DNA from: the human T2T-CHM13v2.0 reference genome, Homo sapiens
Strand: one strand, 5' to 3'
DNA: 64,000 nt
NCBI RefSeq assembly: GCF_009914755.1
Contig: NC_060928.1
Positions 39,863 to 53,019 of the stretch are shown here, one piece after another. The translations under genes were made by a program, and so were the position numbers. The first letter of the stretch is position 1. Every line of letters starts with the position of its first letter. The notes beneath the pieces are model-generated. The model saw only the letters and a list, made by a program, of their open reading frames with translations. It was not told where the DNA came from and ran no database searches.

Positions 39863-42486
39863 ATATGCTTGACTATTTCTTAAAATGTTAAATATTCACC
39901 ATTACTAAATCCTTGCCAGTGACATAATTAGGTACTCCCTTAAATAATTCTTCTGGCACAAGAATATTATTATGTAAGAAAAGCAGCAACCTACTAAATA
40001 CAGTAAAGTTCCTTCTTGTACAGTTTTGTATCTTTGAAGACTGTAAAGCCAGTGCATTTGTAAAAATTGTTTTTCATACCACTGAGAGGTAAAGTTGAAG
40101 AAAAGATGTAGATGTTGTGTCTGTCATTGGAAGGATATTTAAGAGAAATTAGAAGGCTAAACACTTTATCCTTCCCTAATTCAACAAATAATGTCTCACT
40201 TACGATTGTTTCCTTGCATAAATGGGAGAAAGTGGGTACATGCATTTGCATACAGATTTCCTGTGCTGAAAGAAAAGGAAAACATTAAAAGGAAGAGAAA
40301 GAAAAGGAAAACCTTAAAAGGAAGAGAAAGAAAAAGAAACACAGGCCTGCCACCTTTAACACCTGCTCGTGAATACAGGATGCTTACTCCAGGCAAAGTC
40401 AGTAAAGGAAGTAGTGGGTTAGAACTTCGTGTTGTCTTTATTAAGATAATAATTTTAAGTCCAATCTCCCTCTGTAGGATGGGACTGACCATAATGTCTA
40501 ACTAATATATATGTAGTAACACTGATGAAAGCAAACTCTGCATGCATATGAAGGAATATGGAACATGTAGCCCATAGCTTAGCTGAAGAAACTGTAGCAA
40601 AACACAAACTATATGTTGAAAAAGTCTCTTGAGAAGTTAATGATTTCTTACAATTCAAATTTTGTAAAATGTAACACAAAGAAAACATTTAGTGAATACC
40701 AGCTTTACATATCATGGGTCTAAATCAAATAAAAAGAGGTAAAATTAGAGAAAAAGCAGTTGCAATCTGATGCTATGTGAGCCAGGTCCTTAGAGAGACA
40801 GAGTACTTAAGCAAGTTTCACAAACTGGTATAGGAATTGCATGAATATAACTAGGTATTATAACTGACCTACATCCATAAATTGAGTTGTAAATACATTT
40901 TAGTTCTACTTTTATGAATATACAAAGTCTATACTCTAACATGGCTATACTAGGATCCTGCTTCCTGGTATAATCTACTGGCTGAATCAGATTCATCTGG
41001 GCAATATTATAGATTCCTATTGCATACCCAGAACCCACTTCATCCAAATCTCCAGGAGTGGAATACAGAATCTGCTAAATACAAGTTTAGCAGTTTCCCC
41101 AGGGTGAAACAAGCTAAAGGTCACTCTGAGAGGAAGGGCCAATGACAGTAGGCTGTAGCTAAAGGTAATGACATGCAAAAATTGCTTCTATACTGCAGGC
41201 AAAAAACAGGCTGAGAGTATGTCTGATCCATCATGGCTCTGTGATGACCTTCAAAACATCATATCAGGATGGATAACTCCAGTTCTTCAACCACATTCTT
41301 TTGTTTGTGTGACTTGATTATTTTTTTCTGGTGCTTTGAAAACATCATACACTAACATTATCCCTGTAGATGCTATTTATACTGGGAGATAAATTGAGGT
41401 TTTATTCATTAGCAGAAGAAATAGCAACCCTGAAAGAAAAGGCAAGAAATGTGACAGTAGTCATAATATTTACTACTCATGTGACATTTTTTCAGCTTAC
41501 AAACCAGTTTTTCAAACAATTGTGAATTAATGCTGACAACAACCTTATGAGGTTAAAGAACTAGTTTACTGTGTGGGTTGTTGAACTGGGACTCAAGTTC
41601 TATGACTTATTATATCAGAAATATAATTGGTATCCCTAAGCCATCTATCATAAATATAGAAAATTATTTTGATTGACTATAAATGCAAATTGACCAAAGA
41701 AGCTCTTTTATAAAAGAAAAACTATATAATGGTATATTTACTCAATATGCTAACCTTAAAAATATAGTATTACTAGTTTCTGCAGCTTTAGCACATATTA
41801 ATATATTAATTAGTCCTTCAGGAATAAGCACAGATGAAGAAAAAACATATATCCAGGTATTCTGAGCACCGAAGCACTCAGATTTAGCCCAAATGGAAAA
41901 TAAAATTATGTATATATGCTGTTAAAGACTGAAAATAAATAACACGTTCACAGTAAGAAAAAGAATAAAGAAAATGATATAGAATTTAAGTTGGTTTAAA
42001 GTCAGAAAGTAGATGTAAGTGACTGATTTTCATTTTCGTACTATCATCATGAATATTCTTTTGCAAGAGTCTCTCATCCTGAAGCAGTTAGCATGAGCAA
42101 AAAAGGAGTGTGGATGCTTTTCCACTGCTTTTCTTGGACTGTATGTAAAGTCATCAAGACTACAATTTTCTGTCAAACTCACAGGCCGAGTAGTGTAATT
42201 GAAAGAATGCTAGGCCAGGAGTCAGACAGATTATATTCTATTTATGTTTCTGCTACAAATAGGCTAGAGCATGTATGTAATCCAATGGAATTCAGCTTTA
42301 TAACTTGCAAAATGATAGAGTTGAACAAAGTTATCGCTAAATGTTCTTATAAATATTAACATATTTTGAAACTATAGAGCCAAGCCGACTGAGGGTTACA
42401 GCAGATCAATACTTATAAATCTATCTGTACTGCTTACATACAAATTGTGTGAAAACATGCTAAGCCTTCCAGTTCCCATCCACGGC

Positions 42487-42900
42487 TGTGGTAAGTCCAG
42501 CAATGGCCCCTCCAAGGTATCCACATCCTACCCATGGAACCTATTTATTTATTAGTTTACATGCTAACTGGAGATTTACAGATGATTTAATTAAGGATTT
42601 CAAGATGAGGGGATTGTCCTGGATCAGAGTTAGGAAAGACATGTTACAATGGATACTAAAGTCAGGGTGATGGGGCCAGGAGCCAAGGAATGCAGGCTGA
42701 CTCTAGAAAATAGAAAAAGCAAGGAAGAGAGTCACCCCTGGAGACTCCACAGAGGACACAAGCATTGACCATGACTCTGTAAGACTCATTTCAGACTTCT
42801 GACCTTCAGAACTGTAAGATAATAAATGTTTTTTTTTTTTTTTGCTTTAATGGATTAAATTTGTAGGAATTTGTTACAACAGTAAAGTGAAACTAATACA
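42487..42900 (+). mobile_element. MLT1D-like MaLR LTR
   Basis: tgtggtaag...gagccaaggaatgcagg...cagaactgtaagataataaat...aaactaataca. Confidence 0.8.
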
Positions 42901-42939
42901 AGAGAGCTATGAGGAAGCTCCATTTGAGATGGAAGCTTG

Positions 42940-43465
42940 TCAGTTTTAAAACATATCTGTAAAATCTTTGAGATTCTTTCCACTGAGAAGGGTATCTATG
43001 TCATCTTCTCTTATATTGGTACTAAAATCTGTGTTTATTTATACTAAGAAAATACAGAGGAAGTGATGCTACATGCAGTCTGAGTCTAGGTCATAGAAGA
43101 CAATTAGCTATAACTCTGTTTTGTGCTGTTATAAGTCAACCTGGAGCCTTTAGCTGTCATATAAGAATTCCCATTACCCCAAGGTCATAATGCCTTGAAG
43201 AAGACTTCACACAGAGATGAGCAGCAACTCCGGTCACCTGCACAGCTGAGCTTCCAGCCAACAGCCATGCAAGCAAGCTATTTTTGATGACAGCACAGTC
43301 CAGCCTTCACATGACTGGAGCTCCAGCCAACAAATGGCTGAAACTGCAAGAGAGATCCTAAGCAAGAACTGTTCGCATGAGCCATCTCCAAATTCCTGAC
43401 CCACAAAATCTTGAAGTATATTAAGATGGCAGTTGTTTTAAGCCATTAAATTAGGGGTAATAATG
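42940..43465 (+). mobile_element. MLT1G/H-like MaLR LTR
   Basis: gaagtgatgctac...ctaggtcatagaaga...ttcctgacccacaaaatc...ttgttttaagccattaaatt. Confidence 0.65.
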
Positions 43466-44349
43466 CGGAGATTCACCAATAATCTTCCAATAACATCTTT
43501 ATCACTAAATATTAGTTGCACATCAACAGTTATATTTCAGTTTTAAAGACTCTATTACTAATTTTTGCATATTTAACTGCCAGGAGTCAAACATTGGTGA
43601 CTTCTAAATCAACAGCTCAAGCTTCTATTCTCTGTGTTAGTCCCACATAGATAACAGGCTTCAAATGAGGCCTCAAAGTAAGCATGTTTAAAAATTGAAT
43701 GCTCCCCTAGATCAGTCCTGCTACAGAGACTCTTTATACGGTATTTTCTATTTTTGTGAAAGACACTATTAGCTAACCAATTGCCAAAACATAAAGTCTG
43801 GGCATCATATCCAATGCCTTTCTCTTTTCCTTCACAATTAATCTGTCACTAAATCGAGCTATTCTTGCCTTCACAATTCTCAACTGAATCTCATTTTCTC
43901 AACTGTTATTACCATGGCTTTCACTTGAACTTTAACATTTTCTACTTGGACTAACTAAATGACTTTCTAAGTATTTTCCTTCTCCTTTTTCCAACTTGGC
44001 CACTATAATTATCTTCCTAATTTGTCAACCTACTTGTTTCCCGATAATCCCTTCAATGATTTACATCATCTATTGCTAATAAAAATGTAACAATTTGCAA
44101 TTCTGTTCTGATCTAATCTAGTTTACTCAAATTTGCCAACTTTCACAGAAATTCAGAGAATGAAATGGCTACATAGCTGTCATAAACCTTGAAGAATACG
44201 TTGTTCTTTCACTCACCTATGTGTCCCAGCAGGTATTATAGTGTTTGAAATATCTGTGGTTGTCTGAAACACTGAAGAGTGATGATGGCAGCCTACAATA
44301 GAGAATTAGAGAATGACACTAAAATTTCAAGCCTAACTTTTCCCTCTCT

Positions 44350-45640
44350 AGAAAGCAATTCCCTTGGCAAATCAGCTGTTTGGATTTTTACCAGAATCTG
44401 ATAGAAGATGAATGTATGACTCTTAGATGCCATTTAACCATATGCCCAGAGCTATCCATCACAAATCAGGTAGGTAGAGGTGACTGTAGCCTCAGAATCA
44501 AAAATACATGGGAGCATTCCATCATGAGGCATGCGAGTATTCATGAATCTGCATACATACAATCTAGCTAGAATACATTGCTCAAGGCCCAAGTAAGTTT
44601 CAGGGTAAAAATTTATTGATATTTCCTGTGATTCAGTTACAGATCTGGTACAGTGCTTCTCTCAGTATGCCCATAGGTCTTTGTAGGAAGTTTTGGCTGT
44701 CAGTTAAATGAGTAGAAAAAAATAATTGGGCCTATTTTACAGAAAGTCCTGCATGATATGCATGGATGAATTGAAAATGGTCTACTCCTATATTACAATC
44801 CCATTTGAGATATTCATAAACAACACTAGAGAAGGTGAATCTTCTATGTGGAAAATTTTTGAAACACCTTGTTTTCCCCTTTTCCTGAAAACAGAGATGT
44901 AAAGAACCAATGGTTATCCTGATAACCGAAGACTTGGAAAGACAAATACAAAGACTGATAAAGTGGGGGAAATGGAGTGAGTTCTCCTTTCTGAATAGGC
45001 TAAATTAATGTCTGTGTCACAGAGGGATGCTTACTAAAGGGCCCTTACCTCAGAGGAGGCTCTTTATAATCCAAATAACTTTTCTATGTACTTCAGACAA
45101 CCTACTTTCTAGGCACCGCACAGCATGTTTGATCTTGGGAATGGAATGGATAGAGTGGTAGGAATACCTTATAGCCCTCCAATATAGCCATACTTCAGCT
45201 GAACTAGCCTAATACCAGATGTTAATTATACTAGATTCCTTCTAGCAAGCAAAAGGTAGTAATTTATCTTCAATTAAATTAATACATTCTGAGTTTGTAT
45301 TTACTTCTATGTCAATTATGCCACTTCCAGACCTATACACTCAACTTTCTGAATGACCTATGCTTTATTGTAGGAGTCTAAGCAGAAATGCTTCTGAATG
45401 AGGAAATCACATCACAGTGAAATGTAAGATAATGAGATAATAGCTATGATGTTCTTCAGCATTACCAATGAACCCTAACATCCAGAAGCATCTGGCCTTA
45501 TAGAATGGAGGAATGGCTTATTGAAATACAGGTTGGCATCCTCTAGGAGATAACAGTTTGTGAATTTGAGGTATTGTCCTAGCACATTCTCTGGAAATGT
45601 AGAACCCACAGGTCTAGGAATCAAATAGCCAGCCAATGGA
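44350..45640 (+). pseudogene. pol: Highly decayed ERVL-class pol (RNase H/integrase) relic
   Basis: HPEASGLIEWRNGLLK at ~45478 resembles ERVL IN (HPEAAGLIERWNGLLK); LIEDECMT...TICPELSI at ~44400. Confidence 0.65.
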
Positions 45641-46650
45641 ATATGACCCTCCTAAGTTTAATCTTAGTAAGAGGGATACAAAGTCTAAAATTCCATTTTT
45701 TATGATCATAATTTGAATTCCATTGTACAAAACTCCTTCAATGATATATGGGCTCTATATCTTCCATTTGTTGACTTTTTTTTCTTTTCTAAATTTTAAA
45801 TCCATGCTCAAACAATAGTTTTTAAAACTCACCATGCTTTAATTAAAAAATAAAATAAAATGATTAATAAGGATGATGATAAAGGGTGGACTCTACTGTG
45901 TCTCACTGGCTGATACTTACTGCCATCTCTATTCTTCTAAGTTATCCCTTATATGTGAAGTCTGAAAACCACAGTGCCAAGACTTCCTTAACATCAATTT
46001 TCAGTTAGATTCTGTGCTTTGGAGGCAATTGTGGAAAATATGGGAGACGAAAAGAAAAGCAATGCCACTATGCTGCTGTCAGCATGTCTGTGGGCATTGG
46101 AAGACAGCAGATATAAACCTTTATCTGTGGCTTGCAGGCATTCCCCTGAAAAGAGTGTACCTTGAATCTGCAGTTGGCTAATTTTATTGGTGATGGTTAC
46201 CTTGTCATCACTACAATTTAGGAATTCCTGAAAACCTTCATAAACTTTTTATCCCACCTTATCAGTGATTTTAAAATTCTATTTAATTCCCAGTGTATCT
46301 TTTCACTCAGAATAACTAGAGTAGCTTCTATTTTCATAATTTAACTAATAAAATGCTAAATAAAATCTATTAAGTAGATGGATACTGAACTGACTGAACA
46401 GGACACCTACCTATACAAGAATTCCCTGATGGAATAACTGGGTTATCATTTCACAGATATCAAGATTCTGCTAGACAATAGCAAACTTCCAGCCAAGCTC
46501 ACTTTCCTTTGGCATAAGGTCAGTAACTTCATGACCAAGCACACAGGTGTTTATCATTCTGGTGCATGAGATACTGAAATGCTCTCAGGCTGGGCTCCAG
46601 AAGAAGCAGGTGTTCCTCAGTTTAGACTCAAGTGTTTTGTTTTTTGTGTG

Positions 46651-47041
46651 TGTGTGAGCAACATGGCTGTTTATTTCACCTGGGTGCAGGCCGGCTGAGT
46701 CCGAAAAGAGAGTCAGTGAAGGGAGATAGGGGTGGGGCCGTTTTATAGGATTTGGGAAGGTAATGGAAAATTACAGTCAAAGGGGGTTGTTCTCTGGTGG
46801 GCAGGGGCAGGGGTCACAAGGTGCTTAGTGGGGGAGCTTCTGAGCCAGAAGAAGGAAATCCACAGGATTAATCACTCAGTTAAGGTGGGGCAGGAACAAA
46901 TCACAATGGTGGAATGTCACCAGTTAAGGTGGGGCAGGGCCTTTTCACTTTTGTGATTCTTCAGTTACTTCAGGCCATCTGGGCTTATATGTGCAAGTCA
47001 CAGGGGATGCGATGGCTTGGCTTGGGCTCAGAGGCCTGACA
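46651..47041 (-). promoter_or_regulatory. LTR7 U3-R (3' end of the element)
   Basis: Sense start tgtcaggcctctgagccc at 47041; TATAAAA 46741-46747; AATAAA ~46670-46675; PPT aagaaggcaggaa 47042-47054. Confidence 0.93.
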
Positions 47042-47479
47042 TTCCTGCCTTCTTATATTAATAAGAAAAATAAAACAAAATAGTGTTGAAGTGTTGGGGC
47101 AGTGAACATTTTTGGGGGTGTTATGGAGAGAAAATGGGCGATGTTTCTCAGGGCTGCTTCAAGCGGGATTGGGGCGGTGAGGGAACCTAGAGTGGGAGAG
47201 ATTAAGCTGAAGGAAGATTTTGTGGTAAGGGGTGATATTGTGGGGTTGTTAGAAGAAACATTTGTAGTGTAGAATGATTGGTGATGGCCTGGATACGGTT
47301 TTGCATGAATTGAAAAACTAAATGGAATAAGAGAAGGAGAAAAACAGGTATAAAAGGTCTAAGAATTGGGAGGACCTAGGACATCTGTTTAGAGAGTGCC
47401 TAAGGAGATTCAGCATAGTCCTGCCAGCAAAGATTATTTATTTACTTCAAGAGTTTAGAGTGGCAGTTTGGGGATAGCA

Positions 47480-49645
47480 CCAGGAGATATCAGCTGTGAT
47501 GTCTTGGAGAAACAGTGTAAACTGGCAGTATAAACAAGAGCAGGGCATGTATGAGTAGTTGAGAATGGTGAATAGGAGTATGACTAGACAAAAGATAGTA
47601 GGGATGACAAGTTTTTTTTGGGGCACAGTCTAAGTTGGTCTGGTGTCGAATGAGACTGGGGCCCAATAAAAAGGAGCGTCTATACAGGAGCTTAAATGGG
47701 CTCCTATACACCTTGTAGCATTCTGAGGACAGGCCTGAATTCTGAGAAGCGAAAGTGTTAAAAGTATTGTCCAGTCCTTTTTAAGTTGGTGGCTGAGCTT
47801 GGTGAGGTGTGTTTTTAAAAGACCTTTAGTCCGTTCTACTTTTCTTGAGGATGGAGGAAAGGTTTCACTGAATACTAAGAGCCTGAAAAACTGCTTGGCT
47901 GATTTGACTAAAAAAGGCTGGTCTGTTATCAGACTTTATAGAGGTGGGAAGGCTAAACTGAGGAATTATGTCTGACAGAAGGGAAGAAATGACTGTGGTG
48001 GCCTTCTCAGACCCTGTAGGAAAGGCTTTTACTTATTCAGTGAAAGTGTCTATTTAGCTTGATGTGTAGGGAAGGGAGGGGGCCTGAATAATCCCTGAGG
48101 AGTAGTAGAATAGCAGATGGAACACTGAGAAGTTATTTCCTTGAGGATAGATTTCCACGATGGAAAGGAAATGAGAGGTTCTGAAAGGCGGGCTAGTGGC
48201 TTGTACTATAGCATAGCCTGCCTTTGCTGGTGTGTGGCGATTAGGCCTGGTGGAACTGCCATCAATAAATCAAGCATGATCAGGGTGAGGAACAGGAAAG
48301 AAGGAAATATGGGGAAATGGGGTGAATATCAGGTGGATCAGAGAGATACAGTCATGGGGGTCAGGTGTGGTATCAGGAATAATGTGGGAGGCCAGACTGA
48401 AGTCCCAGCCAGGAACAATGGTAATTGTGGGACTTAAAGAGTGAGTACAGCTGAAGGAGCCAGGAAGCAGAAAGTATATGCGTCAGGTGTGAGGAAGAAA
48501 ATAGATTTTGCAAGTTATGAGAACTGTAGAGAGTGAGTTGAGCATAGTTTGTGATTTTGAGGGCCTCTAAAAGTATTAAAGCAGCGGCAGCCGCTGCACG
48601 AAGACATGAGGGCTAGGAGAAGGTGCTTGGGTTTGAGAGATCAGTCAGACATGATTGGCAGGGAAAGCACGTGTGTTTTTATGAGAATTATGCCGAGATA
48701 GGTAACAGATGAGGAAGAAGTTTGGGCTTGATTGAAGTAATGGGGGCTGTCTGTGAAGCTTTGCGGCAGTACAGCCTAGGTAATTTGCTGAGCTTGATGG
48801 GTGTCAGGGTCAGTCCAAGTGAAAGCGAAGAGAGGCTGGGATTAAGGGTGCAAAGGAATAGTAAAGAAAGCATGTTTGAGATCTAGAACAGAATAATGGG
48901 TTGTAGAGGCTGGTATTGAGGATAGGAGAGTATATGGTTTTGGCACCATGGGGTGGATAGGCAAAACAATTTTGTTGATAAGGCACAGATCCTGAACTAA
49001 CTTGTAAGGCTTGTCTGGTTTTAGGACAGGTAAAATGGGGGAATTGTAAGGAGATTTTATAAGCTTTAAAAGGCCATGCTGTAGCAGGCGAGTGATAACA
49101 GGCTTTAATCTTTTTAAAGCGTGCTGCGGGATGGGATATTGGCATTGAGTGGGGTAAGGGTGATTAGGTTTTAATGAGACAGTAAGGGGTGCATGATCGG
49201 TTGCCAAGGAGGGAGTAGAGGTATCTTGTGGGTTAAGGTGAGGGGATACAAGAGGAGGATGCAAAGGAGGCTTTGGACTGGGAAGAAGGGCAGCAATGAG
49301 ATATAGTTGTAGTCCAGGAATAGTCAGAGAAGCAAATAATTTAGTTAAAGTGTCTCAGCCTAATAAGGGAACTGGGCAGGTGGGGATAACTAAAACGGAG
49401 TGCTTAAAAGAGTATTGTCTAAGTTGGCACCAGAGTTGGGGAGTTTTAAGAGGTTTAGAAGCCTGGCCGTCAATACCCACAACAGTTATGGAGGCAAGGG
49501 AAACAGGCCCTTGAAAAGAAGGTAATATGGAGTGGGTAGCCTCCGTATTGATTAAGAAGGGGACGGGCTTACCTTCCACTGTGAGAGTTACCCAAAGCTC
49601 GGCGTCCGTGATGGTCTAGGGGGCTTCCGAGGCGATCGGGCAGTG
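47480..49645 (-). pseudogene. pol: HERV-H pro-pol, internally deleted and disrupted
   Basis: PR-like PVPFLINTEATHS (49355-49579); RT N-half SPYNSPILPVLKPDKPYKLVQDL (48842-49264); no YxDD seen; IN remnants. Confidence 0.88.
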
Positions 49646-50871
49646 TCAGTCTTCAGCCGCTAAGCCGAGAAGATCTGGGAAGGAGTCAGTCAGAGAGCCT
49701 TGGGCCAGAGTTCCAGGGGCTGTGGGAGTGGCTGCCAGGTGAGTTGAACAGTCCGATTTTCAGTAGGGTCCCACACAGATGGGATGCGACTTAGGAGGAA
49801 TCCCGGGCTGCGGGCATTCCTTGGCCCAGTGGCCAGATTTCTGGCAAGCGTAGCAAGCTCCTGTGGGAGGAGGTTCTGGAGGAACACCTGGCCGCTGTGG
49901 TTCAGGCGTTTGGAAGTTCTTGTGTGCTGGAGATGTGGCTGGGGTTTGTCTCACAGTGGAGGCAAGGAATTGCAACTTTTTTCTATTATTGTACACCTTG
50001 AAGGCGAGGTTAATTAAATCCTGTTGTGGTGTTTGAGGGCCGGAATTTAATTTTTGGAGTTTTATTTAATGTCAGGAGCAGATTGGGTAATAAAATGTAT
50101 TTTGAGAATAAGACACCCTTTTGACTTTTTAGGGTCTAGGGCTGTAAAGTGTCTCAGGGTTGCTGCCAAAGAAGTCATGAACTGGGCTGAATTTTTATAT
50201 TTGATGAAAAAGAGCCTAAATGCTATCTGATTTGGGATAAAGAAAAAGGAGCATTAACCTTGACTATGCCTTTGGCTCCAGCCACCTTTTTAAGAGTAAA
50301 TTGCTGGGCAGGTGGGGGAGGGCTAGTCACGGAAGGAAACTGTAAGCCGGACCAGGTGTGAGGAGGGGAGGTGATAAAAAGATTATAGGGTGGAGGAGCA
50401 GAGGCTGAGGAAGAATTGGGACCTAGCTCGGCCTGGTGAGGAGCAGCCTGGGGAGGAAGGGAGAGGTCAGATGGGTCTGTAGAAAAGGAAGGTTAGAAAG
50501 ACTCAGCAACGCTTGGGGTTGGTACTGAGGGGACAGGCGGGAGGGAAAGAAGGAAGATTTGGGACAAGTTGCACTGGGCACAGAGACTAGGAAGGGACTG
50601 ATGTGTAAAAGAATGCCTGGATGTCAGGCACCTCAGACCATTTGCCCATTTTACGACAAGAATTATTTAGATCTTGTAGGATGGAAAAATTGAAAGTGCC
50701 GTTTTCCGGCTATTTGGAACTACTGTCGAGTTTGTATTGGGGTCAAGCGGCATTGCAGAAGAAAATAAGACATTTAGGTTTTAGGTCAGGTGTGAGTAGA
50801 AGAGGTTTTAAGTTTTTGAGAACACAGGCTAAGGGAGAAGAAGGAGGAATGGAAGGTGGAAGCTTGCCCAT
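49646..50871 (-). pseudogene. gag: HERV-H gag, defective
   Basis: MGKLPPSIPPSSPLACVLKNL start; NC CYACQKSGHWAKECPQPGIPP; in-frame stops. Confidence 0.85.
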
Positions 50872-51641
50872 AGTGAAGGAGGCAAGTCCAGAGAAAAGAG
50901 TAGAGACACTGAGAAGGGGTGGGGGGTTCTTGCCCTCCAGAAAAGCAGAGAAGGGGTTGGGGCATGGAAATAAGGGATTGGGGTACAAAGATAAGAGGTC
51001 AGGGTGTGGAAATAAGGGATTGGGGCGCAGAGATAAGAGGTTGGGGTGCGGAAATAAGCGATTGGGGGTTCTTGCTCCCTAGGAAAGCGGGACTTGCCGC
51101 TAAGGGTGAAGGAGAAGGGGTTGAGAGGTACTTGCCCCTGCCCCAGAAAAACAGAGAAGGGGTAGAGACAAGGAGAGAAGGGGTTGAGGGGTACTTGCCC
51201 CTTCCCCAGAAAAGCGGGACTTGCCGCTAAGGGTGAAGGACCAAGGCAGGCGTCCCTGCGTGGTCTGACATCCTTGAAACGTGAGTGTGTAATCAGGCAT
51301 CCCTGCAATGATTAAACACCAAGGGAAGGCTGCCTTCCCAGTCCGTGACCGGCGCCAGAGTTTTGGGTCCACGGATAAAACGTGTCTCCTTTGTCTCTAC
51401 CAGAAAATGAAAGGAATTGAAATTAGGAGAAGGGAGAGATTGAAGAGTGGAAAGGAGAAAGTGGTTGAGGGACAGTGAGAGAGGTTGGAGAAGAGAGTAA
51501 GAAGAGGCCGCTTACCTGATTTAAAATTGGTGAGATGTTCCTTGGGCTGGTCGGTCTGAGGATCTGAGGTCTTAGGTGGATCTTTCTCACTGAGCAAATA
51601 ACAGGAGGACAGGGGATTGATCTCCCAAGGGAGGTCCTCCA

Positions 51642-51659
51642 ATCCGAGTCATGGCACCA
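51642..51659 (-). other. Primer-binding site, tRNA-His
   Basis: Sense tggtgccatgactcggat, one mismatch to TGGTGCCGTGACTCGGAT. Confidence 0.92.
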
Positions 51660-51661
51660 AA

Positions 51662-51768
51662 TTTCATGCGCGTCCGTGTGAAGAGACCACCAAACAGGTT
51701 TTGTGTGAGCAACATGGCTGTTTATTTCACCGGGGTGCAGGCAGGCTGAGTCTGAAAAGAGAGTCAGC
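51662..51768 (-). other. LTR7 R-U5 only (5' end of the element)
   Basis: Sense gctgactctcttttc...aataaacagcc...gacgcgcatgaaa; no U3 upstream. Confidence 0.93.
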
Positions 51769-52199
51769 CTGGACTCAAGTGTTTTAAAGTAAAATGAGTA
51801 ATGGCATTTTCCCAACATTCAGGAGAAAATACATAGACTTTTTTCTACATAAAGTATCCTCATATAATTAATCTAAATTCTGTAGTATTTTCTAGAAAGG
51901 AAACACTGGTAGAATTTTAAAAAATACTAACAATATAAACACAACTTTACAAACGGCAATAATCCTTAGTTATAGTTTTTGTTTGCAAAGACGTGAATGG
52001 ATAAAATTGAGGGGATACAATTTCAATTGTTTATAGGTCATTAAAATTTAAAACAAATCAGATAGCATATTTCAAACAATATTAGCTTAAAAGTAGATGA
52101 ATTATGGACACTCAAACAGTGGTACATCCACACAATGGAGTATTACTCATCAATAATAAAGATCTTAAATGAAAATTTAATAAATTTTACTAAAACCGT

Positions 52200-52750
52200 T
52201 GTGAGAACAATGAAGGCCTGAGATTTTACCCTATTTAAAAGTTAACACATTCGTCTGCCATAGTTTATAGATGCTGGTTGAAGACATAAGACTCCTGAGT
52301 CCAAGATGAAGGGTAAATATTACACATAGTAATAGCAGTAATCAGAGTATCAGCATGTTTGTATCTGTTTTCTGAGCCCTAATCCGTGTTAAGAAGGCCA
52401 AATATAACCTGCATGCACAGAGTATTGGCCAGATATAACCTGCATGCATAGAGTATTGGCCACATACAACCTGCAAGCACAGAGTATTGTGTTACAGAAT
52501 AGGAACATTGAGTTTAGAAAACAAAAATTAAAAATTGACAGTGTGTCCAACTTTTGCTCTTAATGATGAGATTAACTTTATTATCTTGGGTGTTGAGCCT
52601 GTCCATTCTTTGCTCTAGAGGGAGACACACTACCTTCCAAAGCTATTCACTACACAAAAATTGAAAAGACTCTGGAACAGAGTATGTTAGTCCCTTACAC
52701 ATAAGTTACATAAAAATATGAAAGATCCATAAATCATTGTCTCTAATCAA
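52200..52750 (-). mobile_element. Old ERV1-type LTR (subfamily uncertain) containing a 31-bp x3 tandem at 52396-52488
   Basis: aacaatgaaggcctgagattttacccta...gaagacataagactcctgagtc; unit ggccagatataacctgcatgcacagagtatt. Confidence 0.5.
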
Positions 52751-53019
52751 TTTCAAAATAACAATATTGATACTAATGAAAACACTAATAGAATCCTAAA
52801 AGTAATAGTTTTTGAAATCCTAACCTAGGCAAGTTTTACCACCCTTTATTTATGAAAACTTAAGGTATAATTGTAAAATGGATTATATTTTGCCCAGAAG
52901 AAAAAAATTCCATTAATATGTTGCACTTGCACCATTAGATTTTGTCACTAGAGATACAGAAGAAATGTAATAATAAATTCCTACTGTGGTGTGGAGGAAA
53001 AACTTCAGACTAGAATCTT

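Larger units (their letters stand above)
46639..51769 (-). mobile_element. HERV-H processed retrocopy: R-U5-PBS-gag-pro-pol(del)-env(del)-U3-R-tail
   Basis: LTR7 sequences, PBS-His, gag Zn knuckle CYACQKSGHWAKEC, RT VLDLKHAFFTIPL; 5' U3 and 3' U5 absent; TSD gactcaagtgtttt at 46625-46638 and 51772-51785. Confidence 0.95.

Noticed and set aside
50920-51245. Tandem and duplicated blocks in the HERV-H leader
   Set aside because: Ordinary feature of HERV-H leader regions
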